From Octopus vulgaris (lineage: Eukaryota), in contig OX597830.1 of NCBI GenBank assembly GCA_951406725.2, positions 11,904,001-11,968,000 of the forward strand: a stretch of DNA of 64,000 nucleotides. Direction: 5' to 3'. This document shows positions 12,049-24,760 of this stretch, one piece after another. A program made the translations under genes and the position numbers. The number at the start of each line of letters is the position of its first letter. The stretch's first letter is position 1. A model generated the notes under the pieces. The model saw nothing but the letters and a program-made list of their open reading frames with translations, ran no database searches and was not told where the DNA came from.

Positions 12049-12630
12049 AGCGGCGAGCTGGCAGAAACGTTAGCACGCCGGGCGAAATGCTTAGCGGTAT
12101 TTCGTCTGCGTTACGTTGTGAGTTCAAATTCCGCCGAGGTCGACTTTGCCTTTCATCCTTTCGGGGTCGATAAATTAAGTACCAGTTACGCACTGGGGTC
12201 GATGTAATCGACTTAATACCTATGTCTGTCCTTGTTTGTCCCCTCTGTGTTTAGCCCCTTGTGGGTAATAAAGAAATAGGTATTTCGTCTGCCGCTACGT
12301 TCTGAGTTCAAATTCCGCCGAGGTCGACTTTGCCTTTCATCCTTTCTGGGTTGATTAAATAAGTACCAGTTGCGCACTGGGGTCGATGTAATTGACTTAA
12401 TCCCTATGTCTGTCCTTGTTTGTCCCCTCTATGTTTAGCCCCTTGTGGGTAATAAAGAAATAGGTATTTCGTCTGCCGCTACGTTCTGAGTTCAAATTCC
12501 GCCGAGGTCGACTTTGCTTTTCATCCTTTCGGGGTTGATAAATTAAGTACCAGTTGCATACTGGGGTTGATCTAATCGACTGGCTCCCTCCCCCAAAACC
12601 TCGTGCCTTGTGCCTAGGGTAGAAAAGACT
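12049..12630 (+). mobile_element. SINE family B trimer (internal 183-184-bp tandem units)
   Basis: tRNA-like head, then GGTATTTCGTCTGC units starting at 12096, 12279 and 12463. Confidence 0.9.
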
Positions 12631-12869
12631 ATTTTTGCTTGCAATTGCCGGTTCTTTTTGGTCAAACTATCGTATCTCCAGCTGCTTCTGATGCCAAGAT
12701 ATCGAAAATTGTCAAAGTGTTAGTACAACAGTTTTGCTATGGAATGATGAAACTATTTTCCCGTTTACTGAAAAAGCAACGTTTTGGACTTACGACACAT
12801 TTGCATAATAGCAACGTGTTGTATGTATGTATGTATGTATGTATGTATGTATGTATGTATGTATGTGTG

Positions 12870-12901
<32 letters not shown>

Positions 12902-12946
12902 TGTGTGTGTGTGTGTGTGTGTGCGTGCGTGTGCGTGCGTGCGTGC

Positions 12947-12978
<32 letters not shown>

Positions 12979-14186
12979 CATTGGAATTTCAACATCAACA
13001 ACCGAACTTACTTCTTTTTTACCTCATCAGAAGAACTGTTATTCCGTACATAGATAATTTTTCTCTAATAGCAGTCTGTTTGATTTTAGAAGGACGGTGA
13101 ACCTCAGTTGTTCATCGTCTTCATCGTCTTCATCCGTATTCTGAGGAGGGGGTATCATTTTTGTTTTGAGGAGTATATAAGTAAGTAAAAGAATATCAAT
13201 AAAACACATAGCAAATAAAGGTAACTCACCTATACACATGCGAGGAGCCGACACCTAGATTTTATCAAGGTACCTTACATTCATAACCCCCTCTGTTTCC
13301 ATGTACTCCGTAACCATATGCTCTGTTTTTGAAGTCCCAAAGGTTCTAGTGAGCAAGACCACATAGTCAAAGCCCATTTCCTCCTATGTCTGTACTTCAT
13401 CTTTTCGTTCTTCTTGCCGTTCGATCAAGTTGTTCATCCCGTTGGGCAATTAGAAAGTTGATCATTCGAGGAACTGTGAACCGTAACCAGTTCTTGGAGA
13501 TGGTGGATTCATCCTCGCGTGTCTCACTTTCTGCGTGGGTTCACTTTTTAGAGGGAGAGGTCCTTTTTTTCTTTTCTATTTTTCTATTGCTTTTGATAGT
13601 CTTTTTGGGGGGCAGAAGTATAGATAACAAACAACATTAAATTGTGAACAACATGTTATCCGTATCTAAAGTTTGGTTCCCTTTCCTTCTCCCTCTCCGC
13701 CCTTCTTATAAACCAGTGATAAAGATTTGTATTCTCTGTTGTTGTTTTTTTTTCTACGTGGATTACCAAGAAAAAATTTCGATAAAGTAAAAAATGAAGA
13801 AATTGGGGTAGGAAGGAAGAAAATAAAAAAAATTGAGAACGTGTTTTGGGGGTGAAATCCTAATCTCCTGTACTGAAAACATAGGAATCGGAAGAAATTT
13901 AGGAAAAATCAGCGGGGAGGGGCACAAATGTCAACTCGGACATGTTAGAAGCAATAGGTAAAGGACAGGGTTTCTGGGAGGACTTTGAGTTTATATCGAA
14001 GATCAGGTTTTTCAATACGGTCATCAGAAAAGTTGTCAACTCGATCATATGGTCAACCGTATGAGGTCATGATTGTTCATTAATTTTCGTTTTTTTTTTT
14101 AAAAATATTTCTTTATGCTTTGAAGAGAGCAGAAATTGAAAGAAAGGAAGAATTGAAAGATGTATGTACGTATATATGAAATGGAC

Positions 14187-14221
<35 letters not shown>

Positions 14222-14576
14222 CGTGTGTGCATGTGCGTGAGAGAGACTGAGTGAGGGAGTGAATGAAAGTGTGTGTTGTCATGTATGTATTTTTTTGCAT
14301 GTATATGTAAGTGGCATTCACTCGCTCTTTCTCTGTCTCTCACACATACACATTATCTTTCATATACACGTACATAAATACATATGCATATATCTTTTTT
14401 GTATATATGTGTGCGTGTGCATGTGTGAGAGAGAGCGCGTGAGTGACTGTATTTCCTCATAACATATAAAGAAATGGGTGTCTTTTAAGGTAAAACACTC
14501 AGAGAAAATGTGACGCCGTCGTCGTGGTATTCACGATAATTGGTGTTTACGATAATTGACTTATAGAAAAGATTAT

Positions 14577-15002
14577 GGATCTTTTCGGTTTGAACGGCAG
14601 TTTTTAACATAATTTCTAGGTAACTAAAAAATTTTAAACTTCGTATACTGGTAGAATGTGTTTATAAAACATCTTTCTCTCTTGGCTTTATTGAGAAAAT
14701 TCTATAGTTTGTTAGATATTTGTTGTTTTTTTTCTTCAATTTCCGTAATTTCAACCAATCACTGACGTCTATTGAGGTAAAAAAAAAATCTGTGCCGTAT
14801 GAATGTCCCTCGTTTAAGAAACAGATTGGGTTTATTTACATTTCTGAAGAAAAAAAGATACCCTTCCCCCCACACTTAACCCTAACTAACCCTAACCCTA
14901 AAAGAAATTGAAATGCAATAGATCGATACTTGGGTCATAATTATGGGTGACAATTTCATATGACACCGCTAGAAAAAACTGCCGTTCAAACCGAAAAGAT
15001 CC
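14577..15002 (+). mobile_element. Merlin-superfamily MITE with internal telomere-like (CCCTAA)n
   Basis: TIR GGATCTTTTCGGTTTGAACGGCAGTTTTT / AAAAACTGCCGTTCAAACCGAAAAGATCC; 8-bp TSD AAGATTAT. Confidence 0.85.
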
Positions 15003-15749
15003 AAGATTATAATGTTTGGTAGCCGAAAGATTACTGAATTTCAAAATCGGCAACTCAGTTTTCGAATGCATAAGGAACACACACACACACACACAAACTC
15101 TCTTAATATATATATAGATAATAAAAACTCAAGTATTGTCGAATTTCTCTGTGGTGTATTAACGAATTTCTAAATTTCATAGTGCTCCTGCTTCTTGTAA
15201 AGATAAATCTTCACCAGTTTGCAGTTAAGTTATCAAATCAAAGGAATAAAATGTAACTGAAAATAGTAATAGAAAAACAGTAAATGTCCGATTTTATTTT
15301 ATTTATTTATTTTTTTTTAGGTTTGAAATAACTCGTGATTTCTTTTCACATACTTGTAATGCCGCTATATATATATTATCATTGTGTACAAGTCACGCAT
15401 TGTCAGTTTATTAGGACTAAATATTTTGTCTAATTAATTTCTCATATTTATGCTATTTAAATAAAAATCTTTTTCCTTGCAATTTAACTTATTCCGTGAC
15501 GGCGTACTGGTGTAGTTTTGTGCGCTTTTTAGGGAAATGAAATTCACTAATGCCTTAAATTAATAAATAAAAAGTTAATTGCTTTTAAAGTTTGCAAATG
15601 TTGCGTAATTTTAACCAGGATGTGTTAGTGTCTGTTTCTATAGTAATAGACCATATAGTCTGCGTAAACTCCTACAACCACGAGTATTATCCTTTCCTAT
15701 TTTCTTTTGTACAACTTCATTTTTGTTGTTTTGTGTTGAATAACTAGGA

Positions 15750-16460
15750 ACGAGCCACTGCACAGCGATTGATTCCAACAGCTATATTCGTGAAATATGT
15801 GCGGAGGGCCACCTCGGAAGATTATTGAGATAGACGAAACAGTCTTAAGACGTAAATACAACCGAGGAAGGGTGCTATGTGAACAGTAGTTTTTCGGAGG
15901 AGTGTGTCGCAAGATCCGACATGTTCTTCTTAATGCGGTGCTATGTTGGAATCGCGAAACACTAGAGCAGTGCTTTTCAAACTTTTTACTGGAGCGGAAC
16001 CCCAAGGAAACATTCCACTGGCTCGAGGAACCCCTGTATAATAATTTAATAGTCTTATGCACACATATCTGCGCAGGAGAATTAAAAATTACTGCCGATT
16101 TTAGCAGTTTTGTAACTTCTTGCGGAACCCCTAGACTGTACTGGCGGAACCCTGGTTGAAAACCACTGCACTAGAGGAATACATACGTCAGTCGATTCTT
16201 CCAGGAACCACAATTTTCAGTGACTTGTGCAGAGCCTACTTTCACATTCCTAAAACTGGTGAATTATAATTTTCAGCACAAAACAGTGAACCACAGCGTT
16301 GAGTGTATTAACTCCAAAGATGGTCCCCATACGCCACAATAGAAAATAGCACATAGGCCAGTGTAAAAGGGGCGAATAAACAACGCTGTGGGACTCACCG
16401 TTCTATGGTTGACTTGTATCTCTGTGATTTTATGTGGTGCAGGAGATACGATATGCGTAA
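15750..16460 (+). mobile_element. Merlin (ISXO2/IS1016-like) transposase relic
   Basis: IDSNSYIREIC, IIEIDET..RKYNRGR..FFGG, R..L..YIRQSILPGTTIFSD..AY, HKTVNHS, GTHR...YLCDFMW; stops and frameshifts. Confidence 0.85.
15968..16168. mobile_element. hAT (Charlie-like) MITE inserted in the Merlin relic
   Basis: CAGTGCTTTTCAA...TTGAAAACCACTG termini; 8-bp TSD CACTAGAG; removing it rejoins the Merlin frame (RETLE/EYIRQ). Confidence 0.85.
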
Positions 16461-17174
16461 TATATTTGAGGAGAAACTCCTGGTGTATCTCAAACTTTCG
16501 TTTTTGAGTTTTCACTATAAAAAAAATGCATTAATTGTTTACATGGACTGAACTACAATAGTATAACGTAGAGTTTGAGTTTAATTGTAATTTAACGTAG
16601 TTTGATTCTTCTTTTTGTAATTTTTCGCCATAAAAAAAAGAAGAAAAATTCATTGGGGATTTTTCCTTTTTATATTACCTATTCCAACGTTTTACATGAT
16701 TATCCTTTTAGACTTATCAAAACTTACTTTCAATTTGTTTAATAAAAGTTTGTCGTCGTACTGTTGTGCTAGACAGCTATCGCGCACAAACATCAACTTC
16801 CAAATCTTGTTTTCTATAGGGTAAAAACGATCAAACTTTAAGCATCAAACATTTTTCTAAAATTTTTTCTGGAACAAGCAAATAACGTTAGATTCAACGT
16901 GAAAAATTACACCAATATATCAAATTTGAAAATTTTCACTTAATTTTTGATCGGAAGATTTGTAACAGCTACATGAAAGATCCGGTTTGTCTGTTATATT
17001 TTTTATATTTTTTACTTATGTTTTCTGTTAGATTCTGAAAAGAGAGCTTTGGAAGAGATTTTCGAATTTTATCGTTTGATTTGCGGAGCCCAAATTTTAT
17101 CTCTAAATTTTTTACACGAATATGGTTTTGTGTGTTAATAATGAAAACTATATTTGGTGAGAAATTAATAATAA

Positions 17175-17390
17175 TTATTTCAAATTTTTGTCACAAGAGC
17201 AGCTTGGGGGAGGCGGGGATGAGTCGATTATATAGATCCCGGTGTTCAACTGGTACTTATTTTATCGGCTCCGAAAGGATGAAAGGCAAAGTCGACCTCG
17301 GCGGAATTTGGACTCAGAACGTTGCGACGGGCGAAATACTGCTAAGCATTTTGTCCAGAGTGCTAAAGATTCTGTCAGCTCGCCGCCTTA
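17175..17390 (-). mobile_element. SINE family B
   Basis: Reverse complement of the 12049 family. Confidence 0.85.
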
Positions 17391-18226
17391 AAAGAAATGT
17401 TAATGATGTTAATGATTCATCTTGCTTACAGTCTTAGGAGAAATTAATAATAAGAAAGTTACAAATGTTCGAAGATTGAAATGTTTGGTAATTTTAGCCT
17501 AATCATATCCACCCGTTCTCTACAACCTCGTCACTATGTTATGGAAGGCTATGTTTTTTTGGTTTTAATTTCGATATGCGTGTAAGGAAAACTCAGTACT
17601 TATATTTTTTTGAGAAATTAATTATAGCAGAATTACAAAGCATTTATAGATGAAAAATATTTCACGAAAAAAAAAAAAAAATTCAACTTTGTAATGAAAT
17701 TTTTGCAATGCACTAAAGTTCTTAACCCTAATGTTCTCGTTTTCTTTTTCATGAACATTTTTCTTACACACATACACACGTTTATATTGATTTAATTCAC
17801 CGTGTGAGCGTACGTGCGCCAAGCCACACTTGTACGTATGCTTATATCATCGAGCAAATTTGTACGAGCGAGTGTACGTGCGCCATAGGACATAAGCGAG
17901 GGCATTCATATCTGCTGTTACAGTTAATACTTTTTCCGCTCTGTTATATATTTATTTCTTTTTGTATTTCTTTAATTTATTTTCGCATTTGATTTTTATT
18001 GATCTTCTATAATAATGAAGCTGAATCCCTTAATTCGCTGCTTTTCTATACACATACCGAGATACATTTTATAATCACACCTTTAACCTTTATTCCTATT
18101 CACCTATCGCACTATATTTCTCCACTTTTAGTTTTCTGCTAATTTCTTTCTTCCTCCTCCTTCTCTTTTTATAATTTGCCTTTGACATTATATCTATTAG
18201 TGTTTTTTTTTATTTATAACTTACCA

Positions 18227-18676
18227 GGAATCTTTTCGGTTTGACCGGCAGTTTTTAACGTAATTTCTCGGTAACTAAAAAATTTTAAACTTCGTATACT
18301 GGTAGAATGTGTTTATAAAACATCTTTTTCTCTTGGCTTTATTGAGAAAATTCCATAGCTTGTAAGATATTTGGGTTTTTTTTTCTTAAATTTCTGCAAT
18401 TTCAACCAATCAGTGACGTCCATTGAGGTAAAAAACATTCTGTGCTGTATGAATATGTCCCTCGTTTAAGAAATAGATTGGGTTTATTTACATTTGTGAA
18501 GGAAAAAATATACCCTTCCCCCCACCCCTAACCCTAACCCTAACTAACCCTAACCCTAACTAACCCTAACCCTAAAACAGATTGAAATGCAATAGATCGA
18601 TGCTAGGGTTATAATTATGGGTGACAATTTCATATAACACCGCTAGAAAAAACTGCCGTTCAAACCGAAAAGATCC
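18227..18676 (+). mobile_element. Merlin-superfamily MITE, second copy with longer (CCCTAA)n
   Basis: Same TIRs as the 14577 copy; 8-bp TSD ACTTACCA. Confidence 0.85.
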
Positions 18677-19265
18677 ACTTACCAGTGTTCCCTTCATCAT
18701 ATATGCAGTTATTACATTCAGTTAAAATGTCTTATTGATGTGTTTTGCTTCTCTTTTTCCCATGATGAGAAGATTGCATTGTTTTACATCATTTTATTCC
18801 TTCTGGAATAATGCCAATGTTTTCTTCGAAACATATGTTGGAAGTATAAAGATTTGAATAGCACCTGTGTTTAACTCCATTTATATGTGTGTGTGTGATG
18901 TTCCTTATAACATAACATTGCCAACACATAACAATTGCAATTTCTGTTATGTCAATAATAGAAAATCTGGTTTTAATTCATGAAGATTCGTAGCTATTTC
19001 ATTTTTATTTTCACCTGCAAATGAATGTGATATTTGTAACAAGCATGCACTATTTTTAAAGTAATAAACGAGCTCTGTAAGTCTAAATACAAAAGACCTG
19101 CTTTCAGTTTTACAAAAGCTTTCATGTTCGCTGAGGTAGAAGTTGTGGGTGGTGGTGTAAAGGCTTTCATTTTCTCAAATGCTTTCACTGTCAGTTGCGT
19201 TTAGATTCCTGAGGACTTCGTTAGTGACATGCGAACTCAGAACGTAGAGATTCGAAACTAAATGT

Positions 19266-19595
19266 TCTATCTATCTATCTGCTCAGTCGTAGTTGACTCT
19301 CGGTTACTCGATGGATCAGTGTCCTCCAGTCAGTTCTATCTTGGGCCGCTTCTTTCAGATTGGCTATCTCCATTCCGATATCACTCTTGATGGTGTCAAG
19401 CCAGCGGGTTCTTGGTCGGCCTCTTCCTCTTTTGCCACTGACCATTCCGAGCATGATGGCCTTCTCCAGGGATTTTCTATGCATAATATGACCAAAATAT
19501 GCCAATCTATGCTTGGTGATCATAGCTTCTAGCGACATTTTCGGCCTGATCTGCTTAAGAACTTCTCCATTGGTGAGCCTCGCTGTCCATGGAAC
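19266..19595 (-). mobile_element. RTE (BovB-like) LINE 3' end
   Basis: LAYFGHIMHRKSLEKAIMLGMVSGKRGRGRPRTRWLD..AAQDR..W; (TAGA)n tail. Confidence 0.85.
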
Positions 19596-20137
19596 TAAAT
19601 GTTATAATGTATAAATATGCCTGTCATTCTGCTACTTATGTAATACAATGACATTAACTTCGTTATATTGTATCATTTACTCATTCAATGATTACTAATT
19701 GAAATACTTGAGCTGCTCGCTGGTACTTTTATCCACTCTCTATTCAGATATTCATTAAATGTCTTCCATTGAAATATTTCAAATTTCTATGGTTATAATG
19801 CAATACATTTCTTAATAATTTTCTACTTAAACATAACGATGGTAATGTCTTTAACAAGTTTGATAGCTTTTAATTTCAACAATTCTTCAATTTTCCTATA
19901 ATTAAAAATTGTAATTTTTAAGTTAATTTCTGTTTTATTAAAGTAATATAATAAAAAAACAAAGGACAGTCTTTGTATGCTGCTGTTTACTTCTCTTCAT
20001 ATTTACAGTATGAGGTTTTGCAGTACTTAAGTATATTTTAAAAGCCTGATACTTATTCTGTTAGTCTCTTTTGCCAAACCACTAAGTTACAGTTGTCAAG
20101 CAGTGGAGGAGGAGGACAAACAAAGACACACACAAAA

Positions 20138-20330
20138 TGTGACCGCCTGTGTACCATTGGCGATTTTTCTTCCTCTGTCTTCCCTTCTCTGGATCTTTCC
20201 TTCTCCTATGTTTCCGACGAAGAGCTCCGCTCAAAACGTTAAACCCTCCTTCTTTCCTGAGGGTTCAATAATACTATATTTGTTCCACGTCCTCGCGTTG
20301 TTGTGTTTTTTCGTGCTTTCATGTTTGGAT

Positions 20331-20335
<5 letters not shown>
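20138..20335 (+). mobile_element. Short Penelope-terminal-repeat-like element with degenerate hammerhead (copy 2)
   Basis: GTTT-CCGACGA-A-GAGC-TCC-GCTC-AAAACGTT-AAAC; paralog of 7140-7340. Confidence 0.6.
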
Positions 20336-20374
<39 letters not shown>

Positions 20375-20375
<1 letters not shown>

Positions 20376-21728
20376 CAGGCTGCCCCTGGAAGCTTCGCTA
20401 TATGACCTTACTCTAATAGCCAAGTCACTACCAGAACTAGAGATGAAATATCAGGTGTGGATGCAAGGTCTAGAATTGAAGGGCCTTAGAGTCAATCTAG
20501 CAAAATCAAAGTCCTACATTACAAACCCCTTCAGGTAGATGACCCTGCTCGATCTGTAGAAAACTTGTACCCAGTGTAAGCTATGGACACATAAGAGGTT
20601 CAGCAATATCAAAGGAAGGTTAACCAGGAAGATAGTTTTGTGTGTGGAAGATGCACAGGGGCAATAAATACCAAAGATGTACAGAAAACAGATTCCATCA
20701 CATGCTAGGAGGAAAAACTAGAAGTAGTTGATTCCTTCTGCTACCTAGGTGACCAAATCTGTAGTGGGAGTGGATGCTCTGAAAGCGTAGCTGCTAGAAT
20801 AAGGATAGCTTGGGCGAAGTTAAGAAAGCTCCTACCTCTGCTGGTGACAAAGGGCCTCTCATTCAGAGTGAAAGGTAAACTGTATGATGCATGTGTGTGA
20901 ACTGCCATGCTACACTGCAGTGAAATATGGGCCATGACTGCTGAGGGCATGTGTAGACTTGAAAGAAATGAAGCTAGTAGGATCCACTAGATGTGCAATG
21001 TCAGTGTGCATACACAACAGAGCGTAAGCACCCTGGGAGAAAAGTTGGATATAAGAAGCATCAAATGTGGTGCGCAAGAGAGATGGCTGCTTTGATATGG
21101 TCATGTGTTATGCATGGATGAGGACAGCTGTGTGAAGAAGTGTTACACCTTAACAATGGAAGGAACCTGTGGAAAAGGTAGATCCAGGAAGACATGGGAT
21201 GAGGTGGTGAAGCATGACCTTTGAATGCTGGGCCTCACAGAGGCAATGACAAGAGACCAGGAACTTTGGAGATATCCCGTGATTGAGAAAACCTGGCAAG
21301 TAAAGTGAAATTAGAGCTGTGGCTGATGCTAGTGTTGCATAACTGACCCATTTAAAAGGACTCTTTAAGTATCAGGTGGTATGATCTGCTTGAAAAGATC
21401 TGTTAGAGTCAAGTGAAATCCAAATTGCAGTCGTGGCCAGTGCCGCTTGATTGGCACCCATGCTAGTGGCATGTAAAAAGCACCATGCAAATGTGGTCGA
21501 TGCCAGTTCTCCGTGACTGGCTCCTGTGCACATTAAAAGCACCATCCAAACATGGCTGATGCCAGTGGCCCCATACTGGTGCTCCCGTACAGGTAGCACA
21601 TAAAAAGCATCTGCTACACTCTCGGAGTGGTTAACATTAGGAAGGGCATCCAGCTGTAGAAACATTGCCAGATAAGACTGGAGCCTGGTGTGGCCATCTG
21701 GTTTGCCAGTCCCCAGTCAAACCGTCCA
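20375..21728 (+). mobile_element. RTE-clade LINE, 3' part with 3' UTR, decayed
   Basis: PWKL..(YADD)-like motif, KGLRVNLAK, Cys-rich insert, LEVVDSFCYLGDQI, RIRIAWAKLRKLLPLL, KGKLYDACV; 3' UTR has repeated GGCACGTAAAAAGCACC units. Confidence 0.85.
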
Positions 21729-21790
21729 TATATATATATGTGTGTGTGTGTGTGTATGTATAGGCATATATAAATATATATTTATTTATA

Positions 21791-22167
21791 GGCGTAGGAG
21801 TGGCTTATGAACTACATGGTTCCGGGTTCAGTCCCACTGCGTGGCATCTTGGGCAGGTGTCTTCTGCTATAGTCCCGGGCCAACCAAAGCCTTGTGAGTG
21901 GATTTGGTAGACGGAAACTGAAAGAAGCCTGTCGTATATATGTATATATATATATATGTATGTGTGTGTGTATATGTTTGTATGTCTGTGTTTGTCCCCC
22001 TAACATCGCTTGCTGGTGTGTTTATGTCCCCGTAACTTAGTGGTTCGGCAAGAGAGACCGATAGAATAAGTACTAGGCTTACAAAGAATAAGTCCTGGGG
22101 TCGATTTGCTTGACTAAAGGCAGTGCTCCAACATGGCCACAGTCAAATGACTGAAATGAGTAAAAGA

Positions 22168-22168
<1 letters not shown>
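21791..22168 (+). mobile_element. tRNA-derived SINE family A (internal TA/TG microsatellite, TAAAAGAG tail)
   Basis: One of about 20 copies in the window. Confidence 0.9.
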
Positions 22169-22230
<62 letters not shown>

Positions 22231-22489
22231 CATGCACATATATTTATATATATATACATATATATACATATATGATAGACTTCTTTCAGTTTCTCTCCCA
22301 AACCCACTCATGAGGCTTCAGTTGGCCTGAGGCTGTAGTAGAAGAGACTTGCCCAAGGTGCCATGCTATGGGACTGCACCTGTAATCATGGGGTTGGAAA
22401 GCAAACTTCTTACCACACAGCCATAAGAATTTTCTTCTAAAAGTTGTGAAATTTAAAAAGATGATATTTACTAGTTTCTAAGGAAACTA

Positions 22490-22930
22490 ATGTGTATATG
22501 AACGGCTGGTGAGGGTTGGATGAAAGTGCGGTCTGTAAAGTAGGAGTCATTGAGGAATTCAGTGGGAAGATGAGTGTCCGTCATGGCTCAGTCCTTAACC
22601 TCTTCATTTTTATCATTGTTCTGTCTGTCGTCATAGAATTGTTTTAAAACTGGCTTCCCATGGAAACTCTTAAAGCTGAATCTATAGCAGAATTAGGGAA
22701 GAAATTACGTGATGTGGAATCAAAACCATGAAGTGAGAGGCCTTGTAGTAAACTTGGCAAATACTAAAATGTTAGTAAGACGGAAAGAAGACAGGGCCCT
22801 GAATTCATCAGAGAAACAGCCTTGCTCAGTGTGCAGGCATCAAGCACTAAGAGCACTGAGGAACTAAGTTCACTGGAAGTTGATAGCTTGTGATAAATTA
22901 GGTGACATAGTTAGCACGGAGGCAATTGTT
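22490..22930 (+). mobile_element. Old RTE RT fragment
   Basis: VRHGSVLNLFIFIIVL (QGS motif-like), GFPWKL, GLVVNLANTK. Confidence 0.55.
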
Positions 22931-23349
22931 CTATAAGTAAATATAATATGTTTGGTGATAATTCAGCTAAATTCATATTTTCTATTCAAAGACGATGCTG
23001 AAAATTGGAGAAGTTGATTATGAATGCCAGAGAGAATGAAGAAAAGCCAGTTGCTGGCTGGTTGGCAAAATGATTCCTTTCCTTAAATGGCTGGTATCAA
23101 AGTAGAATTTTTCCACAAATTTTTTCCTGTCCTGTAAGATAGGGTGCAACTAAATCGTGATGTTTCTCAGTTTGTAATGACATGATATATGCGGTCACAT
23201 GGGTGATAGAATGCCAACAATGAAACATGTGTCCTATCATATGTTGTCTACTTGATATTTCGCTTTAACATGAGATGGTTACTACGAGTACTTTTTTTAT
23301 TTTTATTTCTAAGCACTCACAGTTATATGCGCTTATGCAGATGATACCA

Positions 23350-23548
23350 CTCTTTTACTCTTTTACTTGTTTCAGTCATTTGACTGCGGCCATGCTGGAG
23401 CACCGCCTTTAGTCGATCAACTCGACCCCAGGACTTATTCTTTTGTAAGCCCAGTACTTATTCTATCGGTCTCTTTTGCCGAACCAATAAGTAACGGGGA
23501 CATAAACACACCAGCATTGGTTGTCAAGCAATGCTAGGGGGACACACA

Positions 23549-23604
<56 letters not shown>

Positions 23605-23775
23605 CATATATACGACGGGCTTCTTTCAGTTTCCGTCTACCAAATCCACTCACAAGGCTTTGGTCGGCCCGAGGCTATAGTAGAAGACACTTGCCCAAGG
23701 TGCCACGCAGTGGGACTGAATCTGGAACCATGTGGTTGATAAGTAAGCTACTTACCACACAGCCACTCCTGCGCC
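23350..23775 (-). mobile_element. SINE family A, full length
   Basis: Complete head, microsatellite middle and tail. Confidence 0.9.
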
Positions 23776-24379
23776 TCTTTATGTTTCAATAACATTTTGC
23801 ACATATGATTACTTCACGTGCAAAAGAGGTATTACGTACTAAACATACAAAATTTTTATAATTATAAACCTCAAAATATTACTTCAAATATTCTTTCAGC
23901 ATCCAGTACATTTATAAAGGACAGTTTTATGTTCTTTATTTAACCACTCAAATTTGTAACATGCTTGGCTTCACAGTATCTGAGGTCTCTAAAATCCCAT
24001 ATAATAAAAAAAGTTTAAGCTGACCAAAATAGTAATTTAGTATAAGTAACTTATGAATTTGTAAAATTAAAGATTCCTTCTTTGTCTTAGCAAAATGCAC
24101 TCCTACAGGTTCTTATGTAATTTTTAACCTTTGTATTAATAAAAGGTTCCCCTACCCTAAACATAGATGGGTCTTCTCTTTTCTTTTGGGTGGAAGGCAC
24201 ATCATGCCTTTCAGTTTAACACACACCCCTGGTTCATGGTTACTTTTACTGAAAATTGCGAGCTAGGAGTCTTTATTAGATCAGGCTTCTGGATAGGGGC
24301 TATCATAATCTAACAGCCTGCAGATACCCCTTGAACTTTCCGTGATGTCAAAAACTAATATTACATCCACTTGAAATCA

Positions 24380-24760
24380 CAGACGTGGCTGATGCCAGTG
24401 CTGTATGACCAGCATCCATGCTGATGGCACATAAAAAGCACCATTTTAGCATTGGGCTTCACAGAGGCAGCAACAGGTGACCAAGACCTTTGGCGATATA
24501 TCGTGCTTGAGAAGACCTGTCAAACCAAGTGATGCTGGTGTCATGTCAACGGCACCCATGCTGCTGGCATGTAAAAAGCATCTGCTACACTCTTGGAGTG
24601 GTTGACATAAGGAAGGACATCCAACTGTAGAAACCATGCCAAATCAGATTGGAACTTGGTGCAACACCCAGCTTACCAGTTTTCAGTCAAACTGTCTAAC
24701 CCATGCCAGCATGGAAAGTGGACATTAAATGATGAAGATGATGATGATAATGGCGATGAT
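24380..24760 (+). mobile_element. RTE 3' UTR fragment with (GAT)n tail
   Basis: Similar to 21300-21728 and 35640-36198. Confidence 0.75.

Noticed and set aside
14577-18676. A single composite transposon inserted as one unit
   Set aside because: Each MITE has its own distinct 8-bp TSD, so they are independent insertions
19132-19152. let-7-like TGAGGTAGAAGTTGTGGG
   Set aside because: Only the seed region matches and there is no convincing complementary star arm
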